A DNA stretch of 14,936 bases, taken from assembly GCA_034660995.1 (NCBI GenBank), contig JAYEKL010000055.1, positions 1 to 14,936 of the forward strand, given 5' to 3'. Below are positions 6,720-14,040 of this stretch, in pieces. This DNA is from Patescibacteria group bacterium. GTDB lineage: Bacteria > Patescibacteriota > Minisyncoccia > JAHIHE01 > JAGLIN01. Every line of letters begins with the position of its first letter. Within the stretch, counting starts at the first letter, position 1. The position numbers and the translations under genes were made by a program. The notes below the pieces were generated by a model. That model had not been told where the DNA came from. It ran no database searches and saw only the letters and a list, made by a program, of their open reading frames with translations.

Positions 6720-8137
6720 TATTTCTTTAACTCCTTAACAATCTCTAATACTGCAGCAGCTAGTTTCTGAGCATCAAGAGATTCATAGAAACCTCTCTTT
6801 CCTGGAACTACCGAGTGACCCTCTCTAACGGATTTATTATCCATTACCTGTTGCAGGCAATAGTTAAAAGTTTTGGGCTCTCCAATTTCTTTATAAGCCT
6901 CAAAAAGAATCCTTGCCTGCATTGTTTCGGTTTCGGTATCTTGTGTCTCTCCTTCCCTTTGCTTAAGCTCTGCCGCAGCCTTAACCATTTCGGCGAGATA
7001 TTCATCAGACGTTTCAATGCTTGAAATGGAAATTCTATAAATTTTGATTCCCAATAAATGAGAATCTCTTTTTCCATTCTTAGCCATTTCTTTGATTATT
7101 CTAGAATCAATCTTATCAACACCAGTCAGGTGTTTTATTAATTCAAGCTCCAGTTCTTCTATAATCTCCATATCATCATTATCATTATCTCCAATCAACT
7201 GATCAAAAGAATATTCTGCTACAATCTTCCTGAGCTTGCTCGCTATCATATTCTCCAGAGCATCGCGAACTCCTGATTGTTCTTTTGCAGAAATAAATTC
7301 TTCCAATTCAGTAATTTCTGGTTTGTACAGAACCTGAACCTTTCTTGCCTTAACGGGAACGTTTCCCTTAGCAAAAAGCCCGCCTATCTCTTCGAAATCT
7401 TCTGGCTCCTGATGAACTTCTACGACTAAAAAGTCGATAACACCAGGATAAATAATTAAAGTCCCAGAATCAGAAATTACATCAAAAAGTGGATTTCCGA
7501 AAAGAGTCATAACCCCGACACTTGGAGGCTGCGCAGGTATTTTCCTGGTCTTGCTTTTTAGATACCTCTTTAAACTTTCTAAAATCTCTGGAACTTTTAG
7601 CCACAGAATAATCAGCACTATTAATGATAGAAGTGCTGTTAGAAGTAGTCCAATATAGAGGTAAATAATGTATAAAACTGCTATGAAAATCATATACACA
7701 AGATAGGAAACTTTCCAGTGTTTAATAACATTTATAGCAAATTTCATTAAAAACGATATCTGGTCACTTGTAGTAATTTTTGTAATATGTGTGACCTTAC
7801 CGTTTTTACCCTTAAAAACAAATTGCTTTTTGAATCTAAATACATCTTCTGTTAATATCTCTACTATGCTCTTGCTCATACTAATTGTAAAAACCATTAC
7901 GAGAAGTATCAAAATGCTAATAATACTCTTGCCTATTCCAGCAAAAAGCGCTTTTGATGCACACAATAGATATGCCGTGCCAATAAATCCGAAGATTATA
8001 ATAATCTTCTCAATAAAAACAATCGGCATTCCATAGAGCTTAAGATCAGAATAACTTAAGCTGTTCGTATCGTTGTTTTCTTTTTCGGGCTCTTCATCTT
8101 CCCAAACTCTATCACACCATCTATCTCCAATTGCCAT
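6719..8137 (-). CDS. SPFH/band-7 (stomatin/prohibitin/flotillin-like) membrane protein, 472 aa, with an extended 4-TM N-terminal region
   Basis: The soluble part carries SPFH-like motifs: ALENMIASKLRKIVAEYSFDQLIGD (cf. LRxxIGxxxLDExLxxR) and LGIKIYRISISSIETSDEYLAEMVKAAAE (cf. WGIxVxRVEIKDxxLPxxxxxAMAAEAEA). A strong Shine-Dalgarno AAGGAGAT lies 8 nt upstream of the ATG. Confidence 0.6.
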   Translation of the reverse strand: MAIGDRWCDRVWEDEEPEKENNDTNSLSYSDLKLYGMPIVFIEKIIIIFGFIGTAYLLCASKALFAGIGKSIISILILLVMVFTISMSKSIVEILTEDVFRFKKQFVFKGKNGKVTHITKITTSDQISFLMKFAINVIKHWKVSYLVYMIFIAVLYIIYLYIGLLLTALLSLIVLIILWLKVPEILESLKRYLKSKTRKIPAQPPSVGVMTLFGNPLFDVISDSGTLIIYPGVIDFLVVEVHQEPEDFEEIGGLFAKGNVPVKARKVQVLYKPEITELEEFISAKEQSGVRDALENMIASKLRKIVAEYSFDQLIGDNDNDDMEIIEELELELIKHLTGVDKIDSRIIKEMAKNGKRDSHLLGIKIYRISISSIETSDEYLAEMVKAAAELKQREGETQDTETETMQARILFEAYKEIGEPKTFNYCLQQVMDNKSVREGHSVVPGKRGFYESLDAQKLAAAVLEIVKELKK

Positions 8138-8159
8138 AATATATCATCTCCTTTTATTT

Positions 8160-8300
8160 TGTTCTTATTCCTTGCTTGCCACAATTTAGAACTGCGACAA
8201 TAGTTGTCAATGATCAATACAATTGTCACTGATAATGATTGATTTTTAGCTAAAATCTCCCATTGTCAGAACCTTGAATTATACACTAAAAAGCAAGTTT
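8160..8300. promoter_or_regulatory. Probable promoter/operator region of the SPFH operon, with repeated TTGTCA/TGACAA half-sites
   Basis: GACAATAGTTGTC is a perfect 5-bp inverted repeat with a 3-bp spacer. CAATACAATTG is a second palindrome. Further TTGTCA copies follow in ATTGTCACT, ATTGTCAGA and TTTGTCAAG. Confidence 0.35.
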
Positions 8301-8366
8301 GTCAAGACCAGAATCCTACATTCCTACATTCTGCTCCCAAGCACAACATTACAAATAGAATACTCC

Positions 8367-8485
8367 GTTGGCTCCATAGTCCCGATAGGGCTGTGGAGCC
8401 TATTGTGATTTCAAACTTTATGAAAAGAGATTTAAAAAAATCCTGCATTTAGGCTCCACAGCTCTAAAGAGACTATGGAGCCAAC
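8367..8485. mobile_element. Family-2 palindromic MITE-like element (~119 bp), intergenic copy
   Basis: The perfect 15-bp terminal inverted repeats GTTGGCTCCATAGTC / GACTATGGAGCCAAC are joined by an inner stem GGGCTGTGGAGCC / GGCTCCACAGCTC. A homologous 81-bp copy lies inside rsmA at 9143-9223. Confidence 0.7.
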
Positions 8486-8513
8486 AGAACACATAACATC
8501 CCGCTTAATATTC

Positions 8514-8549
8514 TTCAACCTTGTGGAGAAGTTTATACGCATAGAACAT
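8514..8549. repeat. Half copy of the family-1 element (TTCAACCTTGTGGAGAAGTTTATACGCATAGAACAT), immediately 3' of rsmA
   Basis: Its reverse complement ATGTTCTATGCGTATAAACTTCTCCACAAGGTTGAA aligns with 5842-5877 of element A. Confidence 0.6.
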
Positions 8550-8555
8550 CATTTT

Positions 8556-9476
8556 TTAGTCTCTTAACAAAATAGCCAGCTTCTTCCATTCCTCTAAGCT
8601 CAATTCTTGCGCGCGAGCATTTAGACTTATTCCTGTTTTTGAAAGAAGTTCCTCGCTTTGTGTTTTTTCAATATGCAAACCAGCAGAAAGATTATTTACT
8701 AATTTTTTGCGCTTTGCTGAAAAACCAATTTTTATAATTTTAAATAAGTCTTTTGTAGAAACACAACTAATTGCGTTTTTGTCTGAAACCGTGCTTCTAT
8801 GAATATTTTTTATCTTTAAAATCGCAGAATCAACTTTCGGTTCAGGATAAAATGATGATTTATCAACATAATCAGTAATTTCAGGCTCGCCATAAACTTG
8901 CACGCTAAGAGCGAGAACACTTAGTTTTCCTGGCTTAGCGCATATTCTTTCCGCAACCTCTTTTTGCATAAGCAAAACGATAAACTCTGGTTGAGCATCA
9001 CTTTCTAAAAACATTTTTATTATCGGCGAAGTTATATAATAGGGGATATTAGAAACAAGCTTGTATCTCTCGTTAACAGAATATTTTTTTATAAATTCTT
9101 TTAATTTGATTTTTAAAATATCATCATTTATAACTTCAATATGTTGGCTCCATAGTCCCGTTAGGACTGTGGAGTCGCTTTGCGCAAAATGCTCCACAGG
9201 CCTATCGGGACTATGGAGCAAACGACTTTTTAACAACTCTGCTAATTTTTTATCTTTTTCAATCGCAATAACTTTACCGCATTTTTTTGAAAGCTCTTCT
9301 GTTAAAGTTCCAAATCCAGGACCAATCTCAAAAACAATATCTTCTTTTTTCAAATCAGAAACTTCAACAATTCTTTGAAGAACTGTCTCATCAATTAAAA
9401 AATTCTGTCCCAAACTTTTGAGAATTTTTAGATCTTCCTGTTTTAATATTTTTTTTATCTCTTCTTTGTTTAACAT
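8556..9476 (-). CDS. rsmA: 16S rRNA (adenine1518/1519-N6)-dimethyltransferase RsmA/KsgA, with a 27-aa in-frame insertion
   Basis: Motifs present: GQNFLID, FEIGPGFGTLTEEL (SAM-binding), IEKDKKL, SNIPYYITSPII, LMQKEVAERI, FYPEPKVDSAIL, FSAKRKKL. The segment LLHSPDRPVEHFAQSDSTVLTGLWSQ (aa 86-111, within the 27-codon in-frame insertion spanning codons 85-112) is absent from canonical KsgA and is encoded by a palindromic repeat. Confidence 0.9.
   Translation of the reverse strand: MLNKEEIKKILKQEDLKILKSLGQNFLIDETVLQRIVEVSDLKKEDIVFEIGPGFGTLTEELSKKCGKVIAIEKDKKLAELLKSRLLHSPDRPVEHFAQSDSTVLTGLWSQHIEVINDDILKIKLKEFIKKYSVNERYKLVSNIPYYITSPIIKMFLESDAQPEFIVLLMQKEVAERICAKPGKLSVLALSVQVYGEPEITDYVDKSSFYPEPKVDSAILKIKNIHRSTVSDKNAISCVSTKDLFKIIKIGFSAKRKKLVNNLSAGLHIEKTQSEELLSKTGISLNARAQELSLEEWKKLAILLRD
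9143..9223. mobile_element. Family-2 palindromic element (81 bp = 27 codons) inserted in-frame within rsmA
   Basis: GTTGGCTCCATAGTCCCGTTAGGACTGTGGAG…CTCCACAGGCCTATCGGGACTATGGAGCAAAC. The arms are near-perfect reverse complements and share their ends with the intergenic copy at 8367-8485. Confidence 0.7.
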
Positions 9477-9528
9477 GTTTTTAATCTTCTATACACTGCT
9501 GTTATTAAAACTCTCTGACTTTCTGGGA

Positions 9529-9545
9529 TAGAGACTAAGCCTCTA
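9529..9545. repeat. Small hairpin motif TAGAGACTAAGCCTCTA; a related copy lies at 9616-9630
   Basis: Two related palindromes of the form AGAG(A/G)C-TWA-GCCTCT, 86 bp apart, lie between the uvrD stop and the rsmA start. They are possibly terminator- or operator-like. Confidence 0.4.
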
Positions 9546-9615
9546 TACAATTATTTGTTATTTAAAATATCGTGTTCTATATAAAAACAAACCATAGTAC
9601 TAAGATTAGTGTGGA

Positions 9616-9630
9616 GAGGCTTAGCCTCTT
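9616..9630. repeat. Small hairpin AGAGGC-TTA-GCCTCT located 36 bp downstream of the uvrD stop
   Basis: 6-bp GC-rich stem with a 3-nt loop. There is no clear U-tract. Confidence 0.4.
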
Positions 9631-9666
9631 TCTAACAACAATACAGAATTACTTCTTCTCGCGCGT

Positions 9667-11715
9667 TTAATCAACATTAATATAATCAGATTCACTATCG
9701 TCTTCTCCCAGATAGCTATACCCCTGATTTTTGTAATCAACCAAATGTTCAGGCATATCAGAAATAAATCTTGAGGGATAATTTACCTGAGTCCTACCAA
9801 AGATTCTTCTTACTCTCGTGAATATAAGATGAACTTTGTTTTTTGCTCTTGTTATACCAACATAACACAATCTTCTTTCCTCTTCCATTTCGGCAGGATT
9901 CTCTAAGCTCATAGAATGAGGAAGAAGTCCTTCTTCAAGTCCGATAATAAAGACTGCGTCATATTCCAATCCTTTGGCAGAATGCAAGGTCATTAAAGTA
10001 ACTGCTTCTTGCTTGTCATCAACATTATCTAAATCAGTAGCGAGAGCGACTTCCTCTAAAAATAAACTCAAGGCTTCTTTCGTTGAAAATTTATCATATT
10101 TTTCAATGGCAGTAAAAAGTTCCTGAACGTTCTCCCATCTATTATTTCCCTCATCTGTCCCGTCTAAAATATATCCCCTATAATCTACAGATTTTAAAAG
10201 AAAATCAAGAAACTGACTTACTTTTACTTCCGATATCTTTCTCTTACATTTTTTTATAATACTTACAAATTCCATTAAATTTTCCATTCTTTTTTTTGTA
10301 ATATTTTTATGCTCATAATCCGTAATCGCCTCAATTACATTTATTCTTTCTGTTTTTGCTACGCTAATAATTTTCTCAAAAGTAGTTTTTCCTATTCCTC
10401 TTTTAGGAATATTTACAATTCTTTCAAAACTCAAAAAATCGTCTGGATTCTGAATAAAACGAAAGTAGGCTATAATATCTTTTATTTCTTTTCTCATATA
10501 AAACTTTATACCGCCAACAATTCGATAGGGAACATTGTAACGAAGAAAAGCTTCTTCAATAGATCTTGATTGAGCGTTTGTTCTATACAGAATCGCAATG
10601 TCCTTTAATTTTACATTACTCTTAGTATTTAATCTTGCAATTTCAGAAATTATAAATTCCGCTTCTCCCTTTTCGTCTGCTGCTTCATAAACAACAACCT
10701 TTTCTCCATTTCCTTTATTACTAAAAAGCTTCTTTTCTTTCTTGTTTATATTTTTTGAGATTACGCCATAAGAAACATCCAAAATTTCTTGAGTTGATCT
10801 ATAATTTTGCTCAAGAAGAATGGTTTTTGCTCCTGGATAATTTTTTTCAAATTCAAGTATATTTTTTATGTCAGCCCCGCGCCATTTATAGATACTTTGC
10901 CAATCGTCACCAACAACAAAAATATTTTTGTGTTTTTTACCAAGAAGATTTATCAATCTATATTGAGCATAATTTGTATCTTGATATTCATCAGCCATTA
11001 TATATTTAAATTTCTCCTGATATTTTTCTAAAACTTTTGGGTGATCTAAAAAAAGAATAGCAGTTTGCATAATAAGATCGTCAAAATCAAATGCATTACT
11101 TTCTTTTAGTCTTTTTTGGTACAAGCTATAAATTTTGCTAACATTTTCCTGAAAAAAACCATCAACCATATTTTCGTATCTTTGAGGAGTTTTAAGTTCG
11201 TTTTTTGCGTTAGAAATTTCAGCAAGTATGGCTCTTGGATTAGATTGCTCATCATTCATTTCAAGCTCTTTCATAATTTTTTTTACAAGAACTTTTTGGT
11301 CATCACCATCAAAAATAATAAAATCTTTTTTATATCCAATAGCTTCTGCCTCTTTTCGCAAAATTTTAACGCAAAGACTATGAAAAGTACAAATTGTCGG
11401 CTCAACAGAAGAGAAAGAAAGAGTGGCTGGACCAAAAGCATTCATTTGTTTTAATTCTCCAAATTTTTTACCAATACAAATCTTATTAAGCAAAGCTGTA
11501 GCCCTATTTTTCATCTCCTGAGCAGCTTTATTTGTAAATGTAACAGCAAGAATATCTCCCGGCTTTGATTTTTGACTTGCTATAATATGGACAATTCTGT
11601 GGGTTAAAACCCTTGTTTTTCCAGATCCAGGACCAGCGATCACCAAAACAGGACCCTCCGTAGTTAAAACGGCATCTTTTTGTTTTTCATTTAAGTTTTC
11701 TAAAATATCAGCCAT
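9667..11715 (-). CDS. uvrD: UvrD/PcrA-family superfamily-1 ATP-dependent DNA helicase
   Basis: Walker A AGPGSGKTRVLTHRI, TFTNKAAQEM, DEYQDTNYAQY (motif II), VVGDDWQSIYKWRGA, LEQNYRST, and the C-terminal VGITRAK. Confidence 0.9.
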   Translation of the reverse strand: MADILENLNEKQKDAVLTTEGPVLVIAGPGSGKTRVLTHRIVHIIASQKSKPGDILAVTFTNKAAQEMKNRATALLNKICIGKKFGELKQMNAFGPATLSFSSVEPTICTFHSLCVKILRKEAEAIGYKKDFIIFDGDDQKVLVKKIMKELEMNDEQSNPRAILAEISNAKNELKTPQRYENMVDGFFQENVSKIYSLYQKRLKESNAFDFDDLIMQTAILFLDHPKVLEKYQEKFKYIMADEYQDTNYAQYRLINLLGKKHKNIFVVGDDWQSIYKWRGADIKNILEFEKNYPGAKTILLEQNYRSTQEILDVSYGVISKNINKKEKKLFSNKGNGEKVVVYEAADEKGEAEFIISEIARLNTKSNVKLKDIAILYRTNAQSRSIEEAFLRYNVPYRIVGGIKFYMRKEIKDIIAYFRFIQNPDDFLSFERIVNIPKRGIGKTTFEKIISVAKTERINVIEAITDYEHKNITKKRMENLMEFVSIIKKCKRKISEVKVSQFLDFLLKSVDYRGYILDGTDEGNNRWENVQELFTAIEKYDKFSTKEALSLFLEEVALATDLDNVDDKQEAVTLMTLHSAKGLEYDAVFIIGLEEGLLPHSMSLENPAEMEEERRLCYVGITRAKNKVHLIFTRVRRIFGRTQVNYPSRFISDMPEHLVDYKNQGYSYLGEDDSESDYINVD

Positions 11716-11736
11716 AAAGTCATTATAACATAGAAT

Positions 11737-11772
11737 TGAATTTGGAATAAAGAATTCTGAATTTGGAATAAA
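11737..11772. repeat. Two direct copies of TGAATTTGGAATAAA (11737-11751 and 11758-11772), just upstream of the uvrD start
   Basis: Exact 15-bp direct repeat with a 21-bp period, in the divergent intergenic region. Confidence 0.6.
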
Positions 11773-11858
11773 TTAATCTTTATTTTATTTATATACTTTA
11801 TACTAAATACTAAATTGGCTTGACAAAATAGTCTATTATACATAAGTTGTGATTGACA

Positions 11859-11887
11859 TTGACATAGCCTTTAGCGTGTGGTAAATT
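11859..11887 (+). promoter_or_regulatory. Candidate sigma70-type promoter, TTGACA-17 bp-TAAATT with an extended-10 TG, facing the LysM-CHAP gene
   Basis: ATTGACATTGACA carries two overlapping -35 hexamers. GTGTGgTAAATT follows at the correct spacing. The site is about 200 bp upstream of the ATG at 12087. Confidence 0.35.
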
Positions 11888-12086
11888 GTTATATGTGAGT
11901 TATAATTTTATAATTTTTAGACTTTTTGTTGATTAATCTACGATTTTAGCTGAAATTAGTCAATTTTGATAGTAAAGATGATTATAAGACATAAAGTTTG
12001 AAGGAAATAAACAAATTAGTATTACAATAAGCAATCTAAAAGATAACAAAGGATTAGCTGAAATTACTCAAAAAAATAAAATTGGA

Positions 12087-13238
12087 ATGTTTTGTGGAGT
12101 TTTTTCTTTTTTTAGAAGTTATATTACTGTCTTTACAGTGATTTTTTTATTAACAACAGTGTCCGTAGTAAACTCTACTCCTCGAAATAGCTTTCAAAAT
12201 AAAAATGTTCTATTTTCCTATATGGATAGGGGAGAAGGAAGTAATAATGGCAAAACTATAATTATACGAAATATAAAAAATTCTGAATATATACAAGATA
12301 ATGAGAAAAGATATGTTCCTATCGTTAAGATTGCCAGCGCCAATTCTAATATTCTATTAGACTCAAATGGAAACAAAGAAAAAACAGACGCTTTAATTTT
12401 AGAAAATACAAGTACGGAAACTGCTTCCTTCGCTCTTTTCGATGGCACTTCATTTATTGCACCTGCTACCTATTTTGACAAATCTCTTTCTGATAATTTA
12501 AAATACGGCATAATGAAATATGTAGTAAAATCAGGAGATACGCCTAGTTCTATTGCAACTTCCTTTGGAATCTCAACTTACACTGTTCTTTGGGCAAATA
12601 AACTAAAAGTGGGAGATTACATCAGACCAAAACAAGAATTAGAGATATTGCCTGTAACTGGAGTTAAACATATTGTTAAACCAGGAGACACAGTAGAAGC
12701 TATTACTAAAAAATATAAAGCAGATAAAGAAGAGATTATAATTTTTAACAGTCTTAATGCTGATGGTAATTTTCAGGAAGGAACAGAAGGAAAAACATTA
12801 ATTATCCCTAATGGTGAAATGAAGGCTCCTGTAATAATAAGAAAGGCACCTACCCCAAGAACAACAACTGGAACGATTCTTTCTTCATCTAAATACAAAA
12901 CATCTGGTTTTGTAAATCCATTGAAGAGTCATAGATTCGCTTATGGACACTGCACATATTATGTAGCTAGCAAAATATATGTCCCATGGAGCGGTCACGC
13001 TAAATCTTGGCTTGCAAATGCCAGAGCTTATGGATATAGAACAGGAAACACACCTGTAGCAGGAGCCATTGTTGTTACAACTGAGAATAGATGGTACGGT
13101 CATGTTGGCTTAGTTGAATCCGTAACTGGAAATAGTATTACCATTTCTGAGATGAACTATGCAGGCTGGAATAGAAAAAGCGTCAGAGTTATCTCTATAA
13201 ACAGTCATGTTATAAGAGGATATATTTATGTACGTTAA
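12087..13238 (+). CDS. Secreted LysM-LysM-CHAP peptidoglycan hydrolase (cell-wall amidase/endopeptidase)
   Basis: Hydrophobic N-terminal signal/anchor. Two LysM-like repeats (YVVKSGDTPSSIATSFGISTYTVLWANKL and HIVKPGDTVEAITKKYKADKEEIIIFNSL). C-terminal CHAP domain with a catalytic Cys in GHCTYYV and a His in GHVGLVE. Confidence 0.8.
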   Translation: MFCGVFSFFRSYITVFTVIFLLTTVSVVNSTPRNSFQNKNVLFSYMDRGEGSNNGKTIIIRNIKNSEYIQDNEKRYVPIVKIASANSNILLDSNGNKEKTDALILENTSTETASFALFDGTSFIAPATYFDKSLSDNLKYGIMKYVVKSGDTPSSIATSFGISTYTVLWANKLKVGDYIRPKQELEILPVTGVKHIVKPGDTVEAITKKYKADKEEIIIFNSLNADGNFQEGTEGKTLIIPNGEMKAPVIIRKAPTPRTTTGTILSSSKYKTSGFVNPLKSHRFAYGHCTYYVASKIYVPWSGHAKSWLANARAYGYRTGNTPVAGAIVVTTENRWYGHVGLVESVTGNSITISEMNYAGWNRKSVRVISINSHVIRGYIYVR

Positions 13239-13330
13239 AATTTATAATATAAAAAAATTAGAAAGTTTAAACTTTAATTATGTATTACAAGAATATTCAT
13301 CCTGCAAGAATGTTACAAGTTATTAATTAG

Positions 13331-13450
13331 GCTCTGCTGATTTTCTTATAATTCTCCTCTAGAGAGAGTGTTGGAGGTGTGTTGAAAAACTTATTACACA
13401 CCCCTTACACCTCTCAAGAGGGGAATAATCGGTAAAAAATCACCAGTCCC
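13331..13450. mobile_element. MITE-like element B (~120 bp), family 3
   Basis: Ends GCTCTGCTGATTTTCTTATAATTC… and …GGTAAAAAATCACCAGTCCC are inverted relative to each other and homologous to both ends of element A at 5759-5962. The interior is palindromic (GTGTAAGGGGTGTGT / ACACACCTCCAACAC). Confidence 0.65.
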
Positions 13451-13468
13451 TAATTGTAAATTAATTTC

Positions 13469-13542
13469 GGGCTCGTAGCTCAGTTGGTTAGAGCGCTACC
13501 TCGACACGGTAGAGGTCAGAAGTTCGAATCTTCTCGGGCCCA
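13469..13542 (+). tRNA. tRNA-Val (anticodon GAC)
   Basis: Manual cloverleaf fold: acceptor GGGCTCG/CGGGCCC (one G:U pair), D-stem GCTC/GAGC, anticodon stem CTACC/GGTAG, loop TCGACAC, T-stem AGAAG/CTTCT, T-loop TTCGAAT, discriminator A. The 3' CCA is not fully encoded (the genome reads CCC). Confidence 0.88.
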
Positions 13543-13578
13543 CCCAGTTTCAAATTTTACATGATTGTTTAATTATTG

Positions 13579-13610
13579 TCTGCTGATTTTCTTATAATTC
13601 CCCTCTTGAG
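13579..13610. repeat. Solo family-3 element end (TCTGCTGATTTTCTTATAATTCCCCTCTTGAG), in direct orientation with 13333-13366 on the other side of tRNA-Val
   Basis: About 30 of 32 bp match the left end of element B. No partner inverted repeat is found downstream. Confidence 0.6.
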
Positions 13611-14040
13611 TATGTCAAAATATAATTCCAACTCTCAAATATTTTAAATTTTTGCAATAAATACTTCTATCGAAATAAAAGAAACAAGTTATATCAACAA
13701 TCTTTAATTGGAAATTTAAAGAAATTTTAAAAATGTTTTCTATTTCGTATAACGTATACTGGTAAGCGCATACACTAAACAAGATGTTAAAGAACGCTCT
13801 TGTAGCGAAGCGAAAAGAATGCGAGTGCATTTTGCTTAACGTCAAAGATATACGAAATTTTTCTGAAATGAAGTAGAAAAAAATTACGTGGTTTGATGCC
13901 AAAAAATATTTTTCGTTCTCAATTATCGGATTCGTTTTTAAAAATGAAAGATATGTTAAGAATTCACAGAGGATTAAAAAGGAATAGAAAACTTAAATTA
14001 ATAGATGAGATTTTATCAAAATAGCATTACTTATTTACTA

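Noticed and set aside
6815-8036. ORFs 6815-7024 (+), 6844-7077 (-) and 7791-8036 (+) inside the SPFH gene
   Set aside because: They are nested in or antisense to a well-supported 472-aa ORF with SPFH motifs. They are short and have no features of their own.
9061-9378. Plus-strand 105-aa ORF overlapping rsmA and the palindromic insert
   Set aside because: Antisense to a gene with all KsgA motifs. It is a shadow ORF.
10309-11454. Plus-strand ORFs 10309-10569, 10755-11009, 10807-11031 and 11116-11454 inside the helicase gene
   Set aside because: Antisense to the UvrD/PcrA ORF. Their products are F/I/N-rich AT-driven products without motifs.
12218-13103. Minus-strand ORFs 12218-12448 and 12885-13103
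   Set aside because: Antisense to the LysM-CHAP gene, which has clear domain motifs. No support.
13615-13902. 95-aa minus-strand ORF in the AT-rich spacer after the tRNA
   Set aside because: Its composition is typical of a random AT-rich reading frame (F/I/Y/K-rich). It has no motifs and overlaps a non-coding repeat region. It is not a continuation of the pps-like fragment.
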